A DNA stretch of 58,939 nucleotides, the filler included, from Asterionella formosa (lineage: Eukaryota): the NCBI GenBank assembly GCA_002256025.1. It is 4 parts of 4 records of this genome, joined end to end, with 100 filler letters (N's around TTAATTAATTAA, not from the genome) between each part and the next. Parts side by side here need not be neighbours in the genome. Positions count along the whole stretch, not along the records: positions 1 to 14,671 come from NKIB01005848.1; positions 14,772 to 29,433 come from NKIB01005861.1; 2 more parts are not named here. One strand, given 5' to 3'. Position numbers and translations under genes: made by a program. Shown in pieces: positions 11,541 to 23,227 of this stretch. The notes under the pieces are model-generated. The model saw nothing but the letters and a program-made list of their open reading frames with translations, was not told the origin of the DNA and ran no database searches. Position 1 is the first letter of the stretch. Each line of letters begins with the position of its first letter.

Positions 11541-13772
11541 TATAGTAATTAAACCCTTGAGTTTTTTTCTTTTTGTGAGTACCGGTATGTTGTTTCTTCA
11601 TCTCAACGGTACTGGTAAAAGCATTTTCGATATTTCATTTCCTTATTTTTTAGCTACACTTTATCATCAGACCCTTGTCCTTCCTGACGACACTTGTTCT
11701 ACAATGCAACCAAAGCGAGTGTCAGATTTTCAGCCTTTTCTTCCAGTTATAAAAAGAAGCAGCCACCACAGTATGATACTGTTGATAACGCCTTTGGTTT
11801 TTCAAAAGCTTCCACACCGCCGAATGTTACAACAAACGTAAATTCTACTTATAGCTACTGTTGATACCACAACCGCTCCTCTCAACCTTCGTTATACTCC
11901 CGTAAATTCTGTATTGAATTTTGACAGTGAGAATGAATTCGATGATTCATTTGATTTCGGTTCAAGAAAGGTTGCTGCTATCGAGACCAGCCACCTTATG
12001 TTTGTCTTCGAAAACCTTTCCAATCGAGTTGACCAAGGGAAGAGTATGACAGACTAAAAGATGAGCTCACAAGTTTCAAAAAATCCACATTGTCCTTGTG
12101 CGTTGTTAGTATTAAGTCTTGTCTGACCTGAATCACTGCAAAGGGCAACATTCAGTTCAAGTCTCGCTCATCATAACGAAATTTCCCTTGGTTAGGTTTT
12201 GTTGGAAAGTTAACATATCCTGTGGAAATATGTACTAGTCACCGATCGCATTGCGAATGATTGCATGTTGTGATCATGGTAGGAAACCTGAGCTTTAATG
12301 CCAAGCTGCTATCCTTGTTGGCTAGAGGAACAGCGGTGGTGGAATATCCTGATGTCTCAACAAAGTCCTTCGATTTTGCTGTCATGGTGACAGGTACCAA
12401 AACCCTTGGTCGGGTGAATGAAATTTTGTAATCAACTAATACAGGAAAATTGTAAGAACATTGAACGGGGAGAAAAACTGCAGAGCAAAACACACAATTG
12501 GCTTACTTAAAATCGATTTTAACTGACTGTTGAATTGATTTTGCCGTTCTCGCATTTTATTAATGCACATACCTCCAAATGTAGGGTTGCTATTTTCTAA
12601 ACGTACTTTGTTTGTTCATTCCACTCTATAATTGTCTGGAAGTTGTGCATCACATCCATTCCATCACCATAGTATGTAATTTGCAACAGGATTGATTTCT
12701 GTTCTTTTGCCTAACTGCGGTTTCAGTTGAAATAACCGGGAGATACATACATTGCCTACGGAGTTACTACTTGTAGAAATGGCTGGATGTTTAATAGCCT
12801 TTTTGGGAATTGCAAAATATGTATAAAGTTATCACATTCATTACAAGAATTATTCCATTCCAATTAGCGTATTCTTTAGCAGGTACAATTGAGCAGTAGC
12901 CTTTTGTCAGCACTGCTCTAAATTGGGTGCTGTTTTCAGCCTCCGCCATGGTCTCTGACTTGCTCATGGCATGTTCGCTTTTCGACATGCTGCATTTCAT
13001 GATGTTTATCATTGGCTGTTTAAGCTAAAAATATACATAATCACGGATTTACTAATTTACATAGGAATTTATTATTGCCCAATTCTCAAGTCGTGACATA
13101 TGCCAATTGGTGTATGGATTACAACCTTGTCAAAAGTATGAAACTCGTGGTAAGCATTTTCAGGGATCACTCTTGCAGTTAAAGGGAAGAGGCTCAATAA
13201 ATGCTTACCACGAATTCTATATTTTTCATAGCTTTGGAATGTTGATACCCTGGTACCGGAATTCGCCCCCCGAATTCTCGATGGAGTCAAAATCGGGTGG
13301 AAAATAGAGAGGGGGATTACTAGCAAACCATTATTTTTAACTGATGGGTAAAACGTGTTGCAAATGCCCCGGCATCTTGTTCGAGTTTGCACACGGAAAG
13401 TGACCCATGTGCTCCTGGTAGGGTTTAGCCGGGGCCACAACGCCACAACCATAAGTCAAAACGTGGTTTACTATCAAATTGGAAAAAATGAAAAAGCTAA
13501 ATTTCAAGCTGGTAACATTTACTTTTACAAACTGTAGGAAAAGATGAAAAAGCTAAATTTATATTTTCATCTAAGTATCATTTTTTCTACAGCCACGTTT
13601 CAAGTTGGTGACATACTACACACATAGCTGGAGCAATGTTCGAGTTTGTACATTTCAAGTAATCCATTCGCAGTTCCTAAGGAAACGAAGTACATATGGC
13701 CACGTATCATGGTAGGACATCATAAACCGTTAGCAAGCATCTCAATCCAAGCTCAGTACATCACCTAAGAGG

Positions 13773-14400
13773 TACTCCGGAGTTAGACACGATAAACAAG
13801 AAATACCGGTATAGTCCACAAAAAGGGATATTACCACTGCCTCGAAAATTAAATTTATCTTCAGGGATTTCGCGATGATTTCGCTTGTTTCCCGCCAGCC
13901 GATTGCGGTTTTCATTTCCGGTTTCCATTTTATCCCCAATCTACCTCGGTTCTCAATTCATCACCGTTTGGTGATTCCTTTGGTGCGCTCAATAGACAAC
14001 CGGTATTCGTTCGTTTACGTTGCTATACATGTGTCCCGGCTTTTTTGGCAAAATTTAGTACGGTGTTCTCGTGTCCTGGCCCATCGCGTCCGTCCTTGTC
14101 TGTAATATCAACTCCGGAGTTACGTACGACATGATAAACAAGAAATATTACACCCGTACTCCATAAAAAGGGATATTGCCACTGCTTCAAAAATTGAATT
14201 ATCTTCAGGGATTTCGCGATGATTTCGCTTGTTTCCCGCCAGCCGATTGCGGTTTTCATTTCCGGTTTCCATTTTATCCCCAACCTGCCTTGGATCTCAA
14301 TTCATCACCGTTTTATGGGCGGTTCCTTCGTGCGCCCAATAGACAACCGGTATTTGTTCCTCTATTTTGCTATATGTGTCCCTGCTTTTTTGGCAAAATG
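13773..14400 (+). repeat. Tandem duplication with ~340-bp period
   Basis: ACTCCGGAGTTA...GATAAACAAGAAATA...TTATCTTCAGGGATTTCGCGATGATTTCGCTTGTTTCCCGCCAGCCGATTGCGG...TTTTTTGGCAAAAT occurs at ~13773 and ~14111. Confidence 0.85.
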
Positions 14401-14671
14401 CATATATACAACACATGATTAGTTGCATATCATCGGTTTCGGTTGAAGGAAAACTAAACGCACCGACAGACGAAAATTCTGATTTCGAGTACAAGGAGCT
14501 CATATTAGAACTTATAAAATATCAACACCTAAAACCAACAACACCCAGATGAGGAAGTACGCTTATGAAGAATACAGTGACGATGAGCTATCGGTTGCTA
14601 GTGATGGATCATTTGAGGTCTTAATGACCTATCTGAAGAGCACAATCAAGAAACCGAGGACGTTACCGGTA

Positions 14672-14771
14672 NNNNNNNNNNNNNNNNNNNNNNNNNNNNN
14701 NNNNNNNNNNNNNNNTTAATTAATTAANNNNNNNNNNNNNNNNNNNNNNNNNNNNNNNNNNNNNNNNNNNN
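14672..14771. other. Artificial contig spacer (44 N + TTAATTAATTAA + 44 N)
   Basis: Six-frame stop linker, identical to the spacers at 29434-29533 and 44189-44288. Confidence 0.97.
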
Positions 14772-14967
14772 GTCTCCATTGGAACTCTTATTTTTTATTT
14801 CATTTCTAACCCAAAACAATTTTTTCTATTTCTCATTTGATGCTACTTATTACATCGCATTTCATACTTTGGTTGCTCCAAACATCATGTTCAATTTTCA
14901 TTGATGTTGCATGTTACAATCATTCTCGTGTGTTTTACGCTTTTTTTGTACCATCTCCATGCATATT

Positions 14968-15130
14968 ACCGTTATTTTGGTTGTCATGCTAAAATCGGCA
15001 ATTTTATTGCCGAAAAATTCGATGTGCCCCATATTGCCCTTAAATAAAAATTACTTAAGAAATTACTTAGAGACTAAAAATTACTTAGAAGTACCCGAAT
15101 GGCAAGACGATAGCTGGAGCCGGAATTGCT
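14968..15130 (+). repeat. Dispersed transposon-end repeat ending GATAGCTGGAGCCGGAATTGC
   Basis: Matches 2398-2490 and, in reverse complement, 38509-38680. A similar end motif (GATAGCTAGAGCGAGAATTGC) lies at ~32202-32222. Confidence 0.8.
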
Positions 15131-15297
15131 TCAGTTTTCTTGCTCCATATAATTATTAGCTATACGTAAACAACAGACCAAACTTACTTTCTCCTTTCAT
15201 TTTATTCCATTGCTTTTATAGATAGGGTGTTGCCTCGACTTCAGTTAATGCTAGACTACTTTATCCTTCATTTGAGTACCTGGTACTTTGATCGAAT

Positions 15298-18200
15298 ATG
15301 AGAGATTTCAGTCTTCTACCCTTGTCGTTGATAGTGGCACTTTGTTCTCTCAGCATTACAAAATCTGAAGTTGACGATTGCAGCCTTTACCTTGGCGAAA
15401 GCACAATAAAAAATGCTGGTTGGGGCGTCTTTGCTGGCCGTTCCTTCAAAGCCGGCGATCACGTGGTAAGATGGTCGGGGTGGGATGAGACTGATGTTAT
15501 GGTTTGTTGAAATTTAAACATGCCCTGACACATCCTTTCCAGGGACCCCCTGGTATTGGAATCCCAGTGTTGGATCCGGAGCGAATCCTGGACGACGGCC
15601 CCATTCACAAATATCTATGGTAAGAACGATTTTAGTTATCACAATTTCTACTTTTCCACTTCAGAGCTGATGCATTTAATTCTTGCCAGGAGATCTTGGA
15701 TCACTGGAGGTAAGAATGAAGCTGATCGAGTACGGACATTCCTGCCTGGGGTTGGTTCGTTGGCGAACTATCATCCCTTCAAGTTTAATGGTACGTTAAA
15801 AATGTAACAATTGCTTAGATTCAGCTTCCTGCAGCTCATCTTATTGGCAATCCAGTAATCGAGGGCGGATTTAACTACGCACCTCTCTTTGATCGCAACA
15901 GAGAACCACACTCTGGAGCCAACTCAGCCTATCACAATTTCATGTTCATTGCGACAGTCGACATTAACGCAGGTGATGAAATTTTCATTGGAGAGGCTGA
16001 GCTGGAAAAAGAGTATCCAGAATATCCGTCGAAGTCCGATTATCAGCGTGCAATCATGATAGTTGATAACCTAATCGATTATCACCACAGACATCCCGAG
16101 CTGTCTCAGACTCAATGGATAGGTAAGTTGTTGCTTGAAAGGCAGGAAGCGTTGCTTGCTCAGAACTCATTTGTCGTATTTGTATAAAATTTCCAGATAT
16201 TTTGTACCGAATAAAGGTTGAGATCGCAGACGAAAATGACAAATCAATAAATCTGCTACCAGATACAATCGAGCAACTCCTTGATATCGAGAGATCAGGT
16301 TTGTCGTTTGTTGGGCTCATAAATAGGAACTTTGATGACATTCGAAAAGCCGGTAAGTTTAATCGGTTCTACTGACATCTGCAATTCCCACATCGCACTG
16401 ATCAATATATTGAAGGTTTATGTCTCGATGCCATTCGTGAAGGACCCAGCACCATACCCGAGGCCGGAAGAGGCGCATTTTCGACAAAGTCAATCTCGAA
16501 GGGGTCAATCATTTCGCCTGTTCCCCTCCTTCAGATTATGAACGCAAATGCCCTGCGTTCCCTTCATAATATCGAATCCAATTCAAGTCAACAACTTCTT
16601 GTGAACTACTGCTTTGGACACGAGCATTCGGAGATGTTGTTGTGTCCCTTGAGTCTCGCAGCATTAGTCAATCACAAGTCTGGGGGTGCCAATGCTGAAG
16701 TACGATGGGGAAGGCCCTCGACAAATAGAGCTGACGATGTCAATGTTCTACTTGAGCGGCCTGGATCGCTTCGAGTAGATCACGCTGATTTTGTTGATTT
16801 GTGCTCCAAACTTTCGTTGGAACTAATTGCAACGAAAGATCTGCTCCCAGGCGAGGAAATACTGATTGACTATGGATCCTCATGGGAAAATACTATGGCT
16901 GATTATGTTAAAAACTGGATCCCTGTAAATGATGGTTTCGTTCCGGCTTCAATCAAAAATAAGGAGGAGTGGGCCATTTTCCCAGACTCTTCGTTGATTT
17001 ACGAATGTAGATTAGTGCCCATGGCAGACAAGCTAAGATCTTGGACTGTCGAAGAAGAAGAAGATTACCATGCAATCATTAACGAAGCTGATTTTATGTG
17101 GTCTGACAAGTTGAAGGTACTATTCGGGAAAAATCCAAATGTAGCCTGGTTTCCCTGCGATGTCGTTGGATTCGACAAACAGGGGTTGTATCGAGCAAAA
17201 GTGTACTCAAAGAGTCTCGATGTAGTGAAAGTGATTATGAACATTCATTCGATACCAAGAAATGCAATTCGCTTTGTTGACGAACCTTATCATTCTGATC
17301 AGCACATCTCTCGTTCATTTCGCCATTTCATTCCTATGCCGGAAAACATATTCCCGTCACGTTGGAGGGACGACTATTTGACTGCTATGGACTTCAGACT
17401 TGGAGATATCGATAAAGGGGAAGATGGCAAAGATACAGATAATGAGCATCTACTACTGGAGCATGAGCAAAGGCTCCGCGAAGCGAAATGTGGACTATAT
17501 TTTGCTCCTAGCAACATCCCTGAAGCTGGCTTTTCTAGCTACACGGCTGTTCCATATTTGGCAAGGGGTGTCCCTATCGTAAGTTTTGGTAAACTTTCAT
17601 TTTAATCAGAAGCCTGCCCTCACCACCGCCGTTTGCCATATCCAACAATCGCAGGGCACGGCGATGTCTGCCATAGTGATACCATATACCAACCAAGACA
17701 AAGACTTTCAATGGGACATCCACAACTATGTCTGGAATTCCCTTTCTTACAATGCAGAGTTTGAAAGAAATGCCGAAGCCGACGTTCTGGGAGTGTCGTT
17801 AGCAAATTTTCATCCAGGTCTTGTGAACGTTAAGGTCAAGTCAGCAAAATTTGAGCCTGTGCTCGACAGTTGCAAAGACCCAGGCGCAGGAGCATTCTCC
17901 GATTATGTTGGATCAGCTTTCTTGTCTGGGCAAGTACTAAAACAAGGGGAAGAATTATTCATCTCATACGGTAAGCGAATCCTTCGTTTTTAGCTTGTTT
18001 GGTCGGTTTCCAACTTAACCTTGCTTCGTTGTTTTCCAAACATCCCAAGGCGAGCTTTGGTAAGAGTAAATTTGAAATTGAATCATGCCATTGCAATGAA
18101 ATCTAAGACAATTTGCTGGCCTTTGCTCAGGTTTACATCTCGCCAAGAATTCAATGCTTTGCCGCTGTCTAAGAATTACGTAGATGCCAATCGAGTGGTT

Positions 18201-19596
18201 GCGTCTGTTATGTCGTTTATGGAAGTGTCCGGTTTCGACTCTGACTCTACTGCCGCAAGTGATCTGCTTGATTTGGTGAAAGTTAGCATTGTAAATGAGC
18301 GTCGAACTTCCGTTATTTTGTCGAAAATAGAAACGCCGACGCACATGAAGGAAGTGATAACACGGAACGGCACCGCTCAGAGTAGTGTGGTGCTGAGATC
18401 ACAAGCGTGGTTTGAGGAACACGGACAATGTATGGACCACGTCTACTGTAACCAAAGCACGATTCCTCAAGCGGGAAAGGGGGCTTTTTCAAGGTAGGCT
18501 ATTTTACTCCTTGCAACTGCCTAAGTGTCTACATTCTCTGATTGCACACTCACAGCACTATTGGATTCACAGGCGCGCCCTTAAAATTGGTTCCACAATT
18601 ATTTCAACTCCGTTGATCCTGACATGGGGGCAAGGTAATTTGAGGCTGAAAGGCGACATTGATTCAGAGAAAATTAACTCGAGACTTTTATTGGAAAATT
18701 ATCAGTTCAAACACCCAAGCGTAGACGTATACTTCCTTCCTATAACGCAAGTCACAGCAATAAATCACGGGAGTCATCGGAAGGGTTCGAGCAACCCTCC
18801 CAATGCAAAGATCGAATGGGCAAAGTGGAACCAGAAAAGCAATTATTACCTCCAAAAGCCAATAGAAGATTTGAGAAATGTAAGTGATGGGTTTTTCAAA
18901 ATGTTTTTAAGGTAATATAACAGCTCACTCCAACCTTCGCATCAGGAACATTACAGTACCATGGTCTTCGATGTGGTTGCCACCCGAGATATTTCAGTCG
19001 ACGAGGAAATATTAATCGACTATGGCGAGGAATGGGAAAAGGCCTGGACAAATCACGTCAAGAATTTCGCTTCGCCTTGCCAGGGTCGGAACAAGCAAAT
19101 GCATTCATCATTGGCCGTGCACAGTATGAACCTTGATAAGTTTAATTCCAGTTTTCATGATTGGAGCACAGACCACTTTACTGTTTGTCAAGAAAGGAGT
19201 GAATTGGAAGGGAACATCAATCAATGGATATATTTGGCAAAGAAATCGACCAATGCTTCCATTAACGGGGAGCTTTTGGTCATTGATAACTCATTCAAAG
19301 GAATCCAATGGGATGACGAGGGATTTAGTCTGATTCAGGAGACTGGGAGAATACCTTGCAAAATAATTTCTTCATCCCCTGAGGCAGATGAATTTGATGT
19401 TGTCTTCTTTCGACCGTCAACAACACATTTGGAGGGAATAGTAGAGGCACAACGACTTCAACTATACATTGGTTTTCCTGCGAATGCAATCGATTTCATC
19501 CACAAACCATTCAGGAGCGACATGCACCGTCCTGGAACTTTTAGGCATCCAATAGCGATCCCTGACAACATCTTTCCGGCTCATTGGAGAAGTTAA
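15298..19596 (+). CDS. Secreted multi-SET-domain protein (four SET-like modules), paralogue A; spliced, ~10 introns
   Basis: Signal peptide MRDFSLLPLSLIVALCSLSITKS. SET N-motifs: STIKNAGWGVFA, STIPEAGRGAFS, SNIPEAGFSSYT, STIPQAGKGAFS. NH motifs: ANYHP, LVNH, ANFHP, AINH. C-motifs: GDEIF, GEEILIDYG, GEELFISYG, DEEILIDYG. GT donors at 15466, 15620, 15791, 16123, 16353, 17579, 17971, 18060, 18494 and 18880 join the listed ORFs. Confidence 0.85.
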
Positions 19597-19851
19597 TTAT
19601 TGATCATGAAGCAATGAAAACTATCACTGTGAGGCCTCGTCCTTACTTTATAGATTCTACCGAACAAGGCGGAGGAAGAGACGGAATTACGAAGCTGACG
19701 TGTATTATTACCGTTTTGGGGTGCATAGGTAATTCAACAGTGGACGTCAATGAATACGAAGTTCGTTCTTGTCCTAAATTAGCTAGTTCTGGAGGTAAAT
19801 TAAAACAACGCGTTCAGGAGAAAAGCGATGACATAACACCACAAATGCAGA

Positions 19852-22309
19852 TTAAAATAGTTCAAACAGCTCTTGCTCTTCTGCTTCTAACTTGTATCGA
19901 TGATCCTTGGTCTCACGTTCCGCCCTGCTGTGATCGTCGAAGTGAGAACTATCAAAGGGATCTGAAATACTGGGAATCCATGGAGCCATGATCTCCTTCT
20001 TTACTAATTTCTTGAAATTAACCGGCTTGAACCAGAGGTGATCTTGCACATCTTTGGGGCCATTCCGTAGGTTACCCAGTCGTGAAGTTTGACGTCTGAC
20101 CAATAGCTTTTGAATCATGTCCTTGGCGTCGTCGTTTACAACACTAGGAATCTCATAATTGACCAGGACGATCCGTTTAAACAAGGAAATTTGATCAGTC
20201 CCGTAGAAGTAAAAGGGTGATCGGCCAACTAGCAATTCATATACCAAGACGCCAAAGGACCAGTAGTCGACAGATTTGTCATGTCCCTTAGACATAATTA
20301 TTTCTGGTGCCAAGTATTCAGGAGTTCCACACAAAGTATATGTCGTGTCGAGAACAACCTTTGCGAAGCCCATATCGGCGACAATGCAGTAGCCTTGCGA
20401 GTCGATTAAAACGTTCTCAGGCTTTATATCTCGGTAGCAAATATTGCGTCGGTGTAGATGGGCTAGAGCCTCCAAGATACATGCAGCATAGAAGCGAGCA
20501 TGATCATTGGGAAGACCATCCTTGTCACTTGCATGAAGAATTGTGAACAATTCACCCCCGGGAACCAGCTCTAGTAGAAGGTATACAGAGTTCTCGTCTT
20601 GAAACGAGCACACCAGATGAATTAAGAAAGGATGCTTAATGGAATACATAACATCCTTTTCGCGAATTACTCCTTTGACCTGTCGCGATTGAATGAGTGC
20701 ACGCTTATCGAGTTGCTTTAAAGCATATGGCACCTTCAAGCATACTCCGTGCTCGTTTACCGTTTTGTGCGACGTCAACCATACTTTGCCGAAGGCACCC
20801 ATTCCAAGAATCCGATGCTTCTCCAAATCGTTGAAATTTATGCTCTTGATTGCCGTAGAATCCTGGAATGGGATGATTTCTCCCAAACGATTAATATCAC
20901 CAATCACACTTTCGATGTCCTTTCTTGTCAAAACTAAACACGTGGTATTTTCATCGAAGATTGCGTAGTGTGACGAAATGTGTCCAGGATCCATCTTGAT
21001 AGACTTGTCACCAAAATAGTCTCCTGGTTTGAGCTTGACCATCTTTCCACTCTTGCTATGAACGACCAAAATACTTCCACTTTCAATGATCCATAAATCT
21101 TGTTTATAAGGCTTGCCAACTTCACACAGGTAATCGTCTTTCCTAAAGCACTGTTCCGTTAACAAATACGATAGCTCATTAATTTCGTGAGCATCAAAAT
21201 AAGAATTTGCAAACATGGGAAGGCTTTTCAAGAGATGGTGACGAATACCAATTTTCATTTGTTCTTGGAGTGACCCAAACGTTGCTTCAAATGTCTCTCG
21301 TGAAATCGCCATTAAGATGCAATTCGAGATTGCCGTCACATTTGCAGCTCGGGGTTCCCCTGTTAAAAGGGCTCTTTCGCCAAACCAATCACCCACACCT
21401 AAAATTTGGTCGACAAATTGTGAGTCACCGAGGCCAATATCGTGACACTTCACAACTCCTTCTTGAATAATGTAAAATACGCTGCCTTCGTCTCCTTTGT
21501 TAATAATTCGCTCTCCTTCTTCAAACCTGACAGGAGTGAGGGCATCATAAAATCGGTGAAGATCTCCTATGGCAAGATGATTAAACAATTCAACTTTTTT
21601 GAGAACATCGCAGAGGTTCCGTTCATGTAAATTGGCTTGGCGAGCAAGCATGTGACGAAAGGTATATTGATCCACCTTCCACAACGAGCAATCCGTTTGT
21701 GCCAAACAAGTGGCCGCCCTCGGAGCATCATACAGTAATGCAAGTTCCCCGAAGGAAGCTCCAATGCCACATGAACCCACATTTTCACCATCAGCGATGA
21801 AAGCGACAATTCCTCGTTCGACAATGTAAAAGAATTCGCCATCTTCTCCCTGAGTGATAATATTGGTTCCAGCTCGTGCTTCTTCCTTTTTCATGGCACC
21901 AATTAACCTCGTGCGTTCCTTTGAATTCAAGCTCGAAAAAATGAAGTTGTCCCCAAGTGCTTCATCAATAAAGTTCAACTCTGTCTCACTCTTGGGGTAC
22001 GATGGATGCTCAAAGGCGCACGTGAGGTCGACGGGCTGCGAGTGCACACTTTGGCGCCTCTTCGCTTGCACTTCCTTCGCTTTTGCGTGTAGGGCGACTT
22101 GTGACTCCTTTGAGATTGACGAATGGTGTCGATGAAGAGATGCAGCATGGTTGTTTCCGTTCGCAACCCACGAGTCCTACGTGAAATTTGAATGTTTCAG
22201 AAAATGTGAGATCACAACGAGTAATCGACACCATCATAGATTCCGAGATGCAACGCACTCCAAATAATCCTCTTTTATGGGCTTCTTCGCCCCAACAACA
22301 GAATACCAT
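19852..22309 (-). CDS. Single-chain cyclic-nucleotide-dependent protein kinase (3 CNB domains + AGC kinase; PKG-like architecture)
   Basis: CNB cassettes FGELALLYDAPRAAT, FGERALLTGEPRAANV and degenerate FGDKSI. Kinase motifs LGMGAFGKV, YALK, YRDIKPEN, DMGFAK, TLCGTPEYLAPE, plus an AGC tail. The frame extends to an AG acceptor at ~22177. The ATG-only first exon at 22307-22309 is tentative. Confidence 0.93.
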
Positions 22310-22853
22310 TTCTTTCGTAATATCCGAAGCAAAATCTAAAGCAATAACCACAGCGGAAGATTGTGTCGATTCAATATATAAAAGACCTTTGATAGACAGA
22401 CCCATCTTACGTAAAATACCCGGATATCCACGATGAGACCTCGTCCTCATGTCTCATTGTTATTGCTTTTTTATAATGTGGTGTTGTACATACGGTATGC
22501 ATTCCTTCAGTAGATCTGCCTAAAACATACCTGTAAGAATACATAATGTATTTCCGGTAGATGTATGATGAATTAATCCATCCAGTCATGACGATGACGA
22601 TCGAGCTTGATGGTTTGGTTTTGGTCGTGCTCTGGTGATGTGTGTAATATACCGGTACCTGGTACTCCCTGGTACCTGGTACCAGGTATTTTGGTAGCAC
22701 AAATTATTTTGTTCATTTCTTTTTATACAATGATGTTTGAACCGTAATGTAAGAAGTATCAAATGTACGTTCCGGTTGTACAGGTACCGGCATGATTGTT
22801 ACATTGTTACTGTCCATACCGTATGTACAGTAGTCGGTACTGGTACTCTACCT

Positions 22854-22980
22854 GGTAAAGGATCTGTTGTGAATGCATGGACTGAGATGGTAAAGGATCT
22901 GTTCAGTACCGGTAGACTTCCTGTAGAGGATCTGTTGTGAATGCATGAACTGATGGTAAAGGATCTGTTGTGAATGCCTG
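22854..22980 (+). repeat. Short imperfect tandem repeat GGTAAAGGATCTGTTGTGAATGCATG (four AGGATCTGTT cores)
   Basis: Directly visible in the divergent intergenic region between the kinase and SET paralogue B. Confidence 0.75.
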
Positions 22981-23227
22981 ATGATAGAATGCCGTCAACA
23001 TACCGGTATATCATATGAATGAGGATGTATGTATTTTGAACTTGCCATCAGCAGAATCAAATGTTTTTCGTATAAATGAATGAATAATGAACATAACACC
23101 GGTACATAGCAATGTTCGAAGAAACCATGTACAGTATTAGGCAATTATCCCATACAAATTACTTATAGGTACGGCCTGGGACCTTTCTTTTCTGATCGAA
23201 ACATCGATTACAAGTTCACTTAACAAA

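Noticed and set aside
14716..14727. TTAATTAATTAA palindrome recurring three times at ~14.7-kb spacing
   Set aside because: Synthetic six-frame stop linker inside N padding, not a biological periodic element.
22854..22980. Short repeats with variable spacers resembling a mini-CRISPR
   Set aside because: Only four degenerate cores with irregular, related spacers, in a eukaryotic context with no cas genes.
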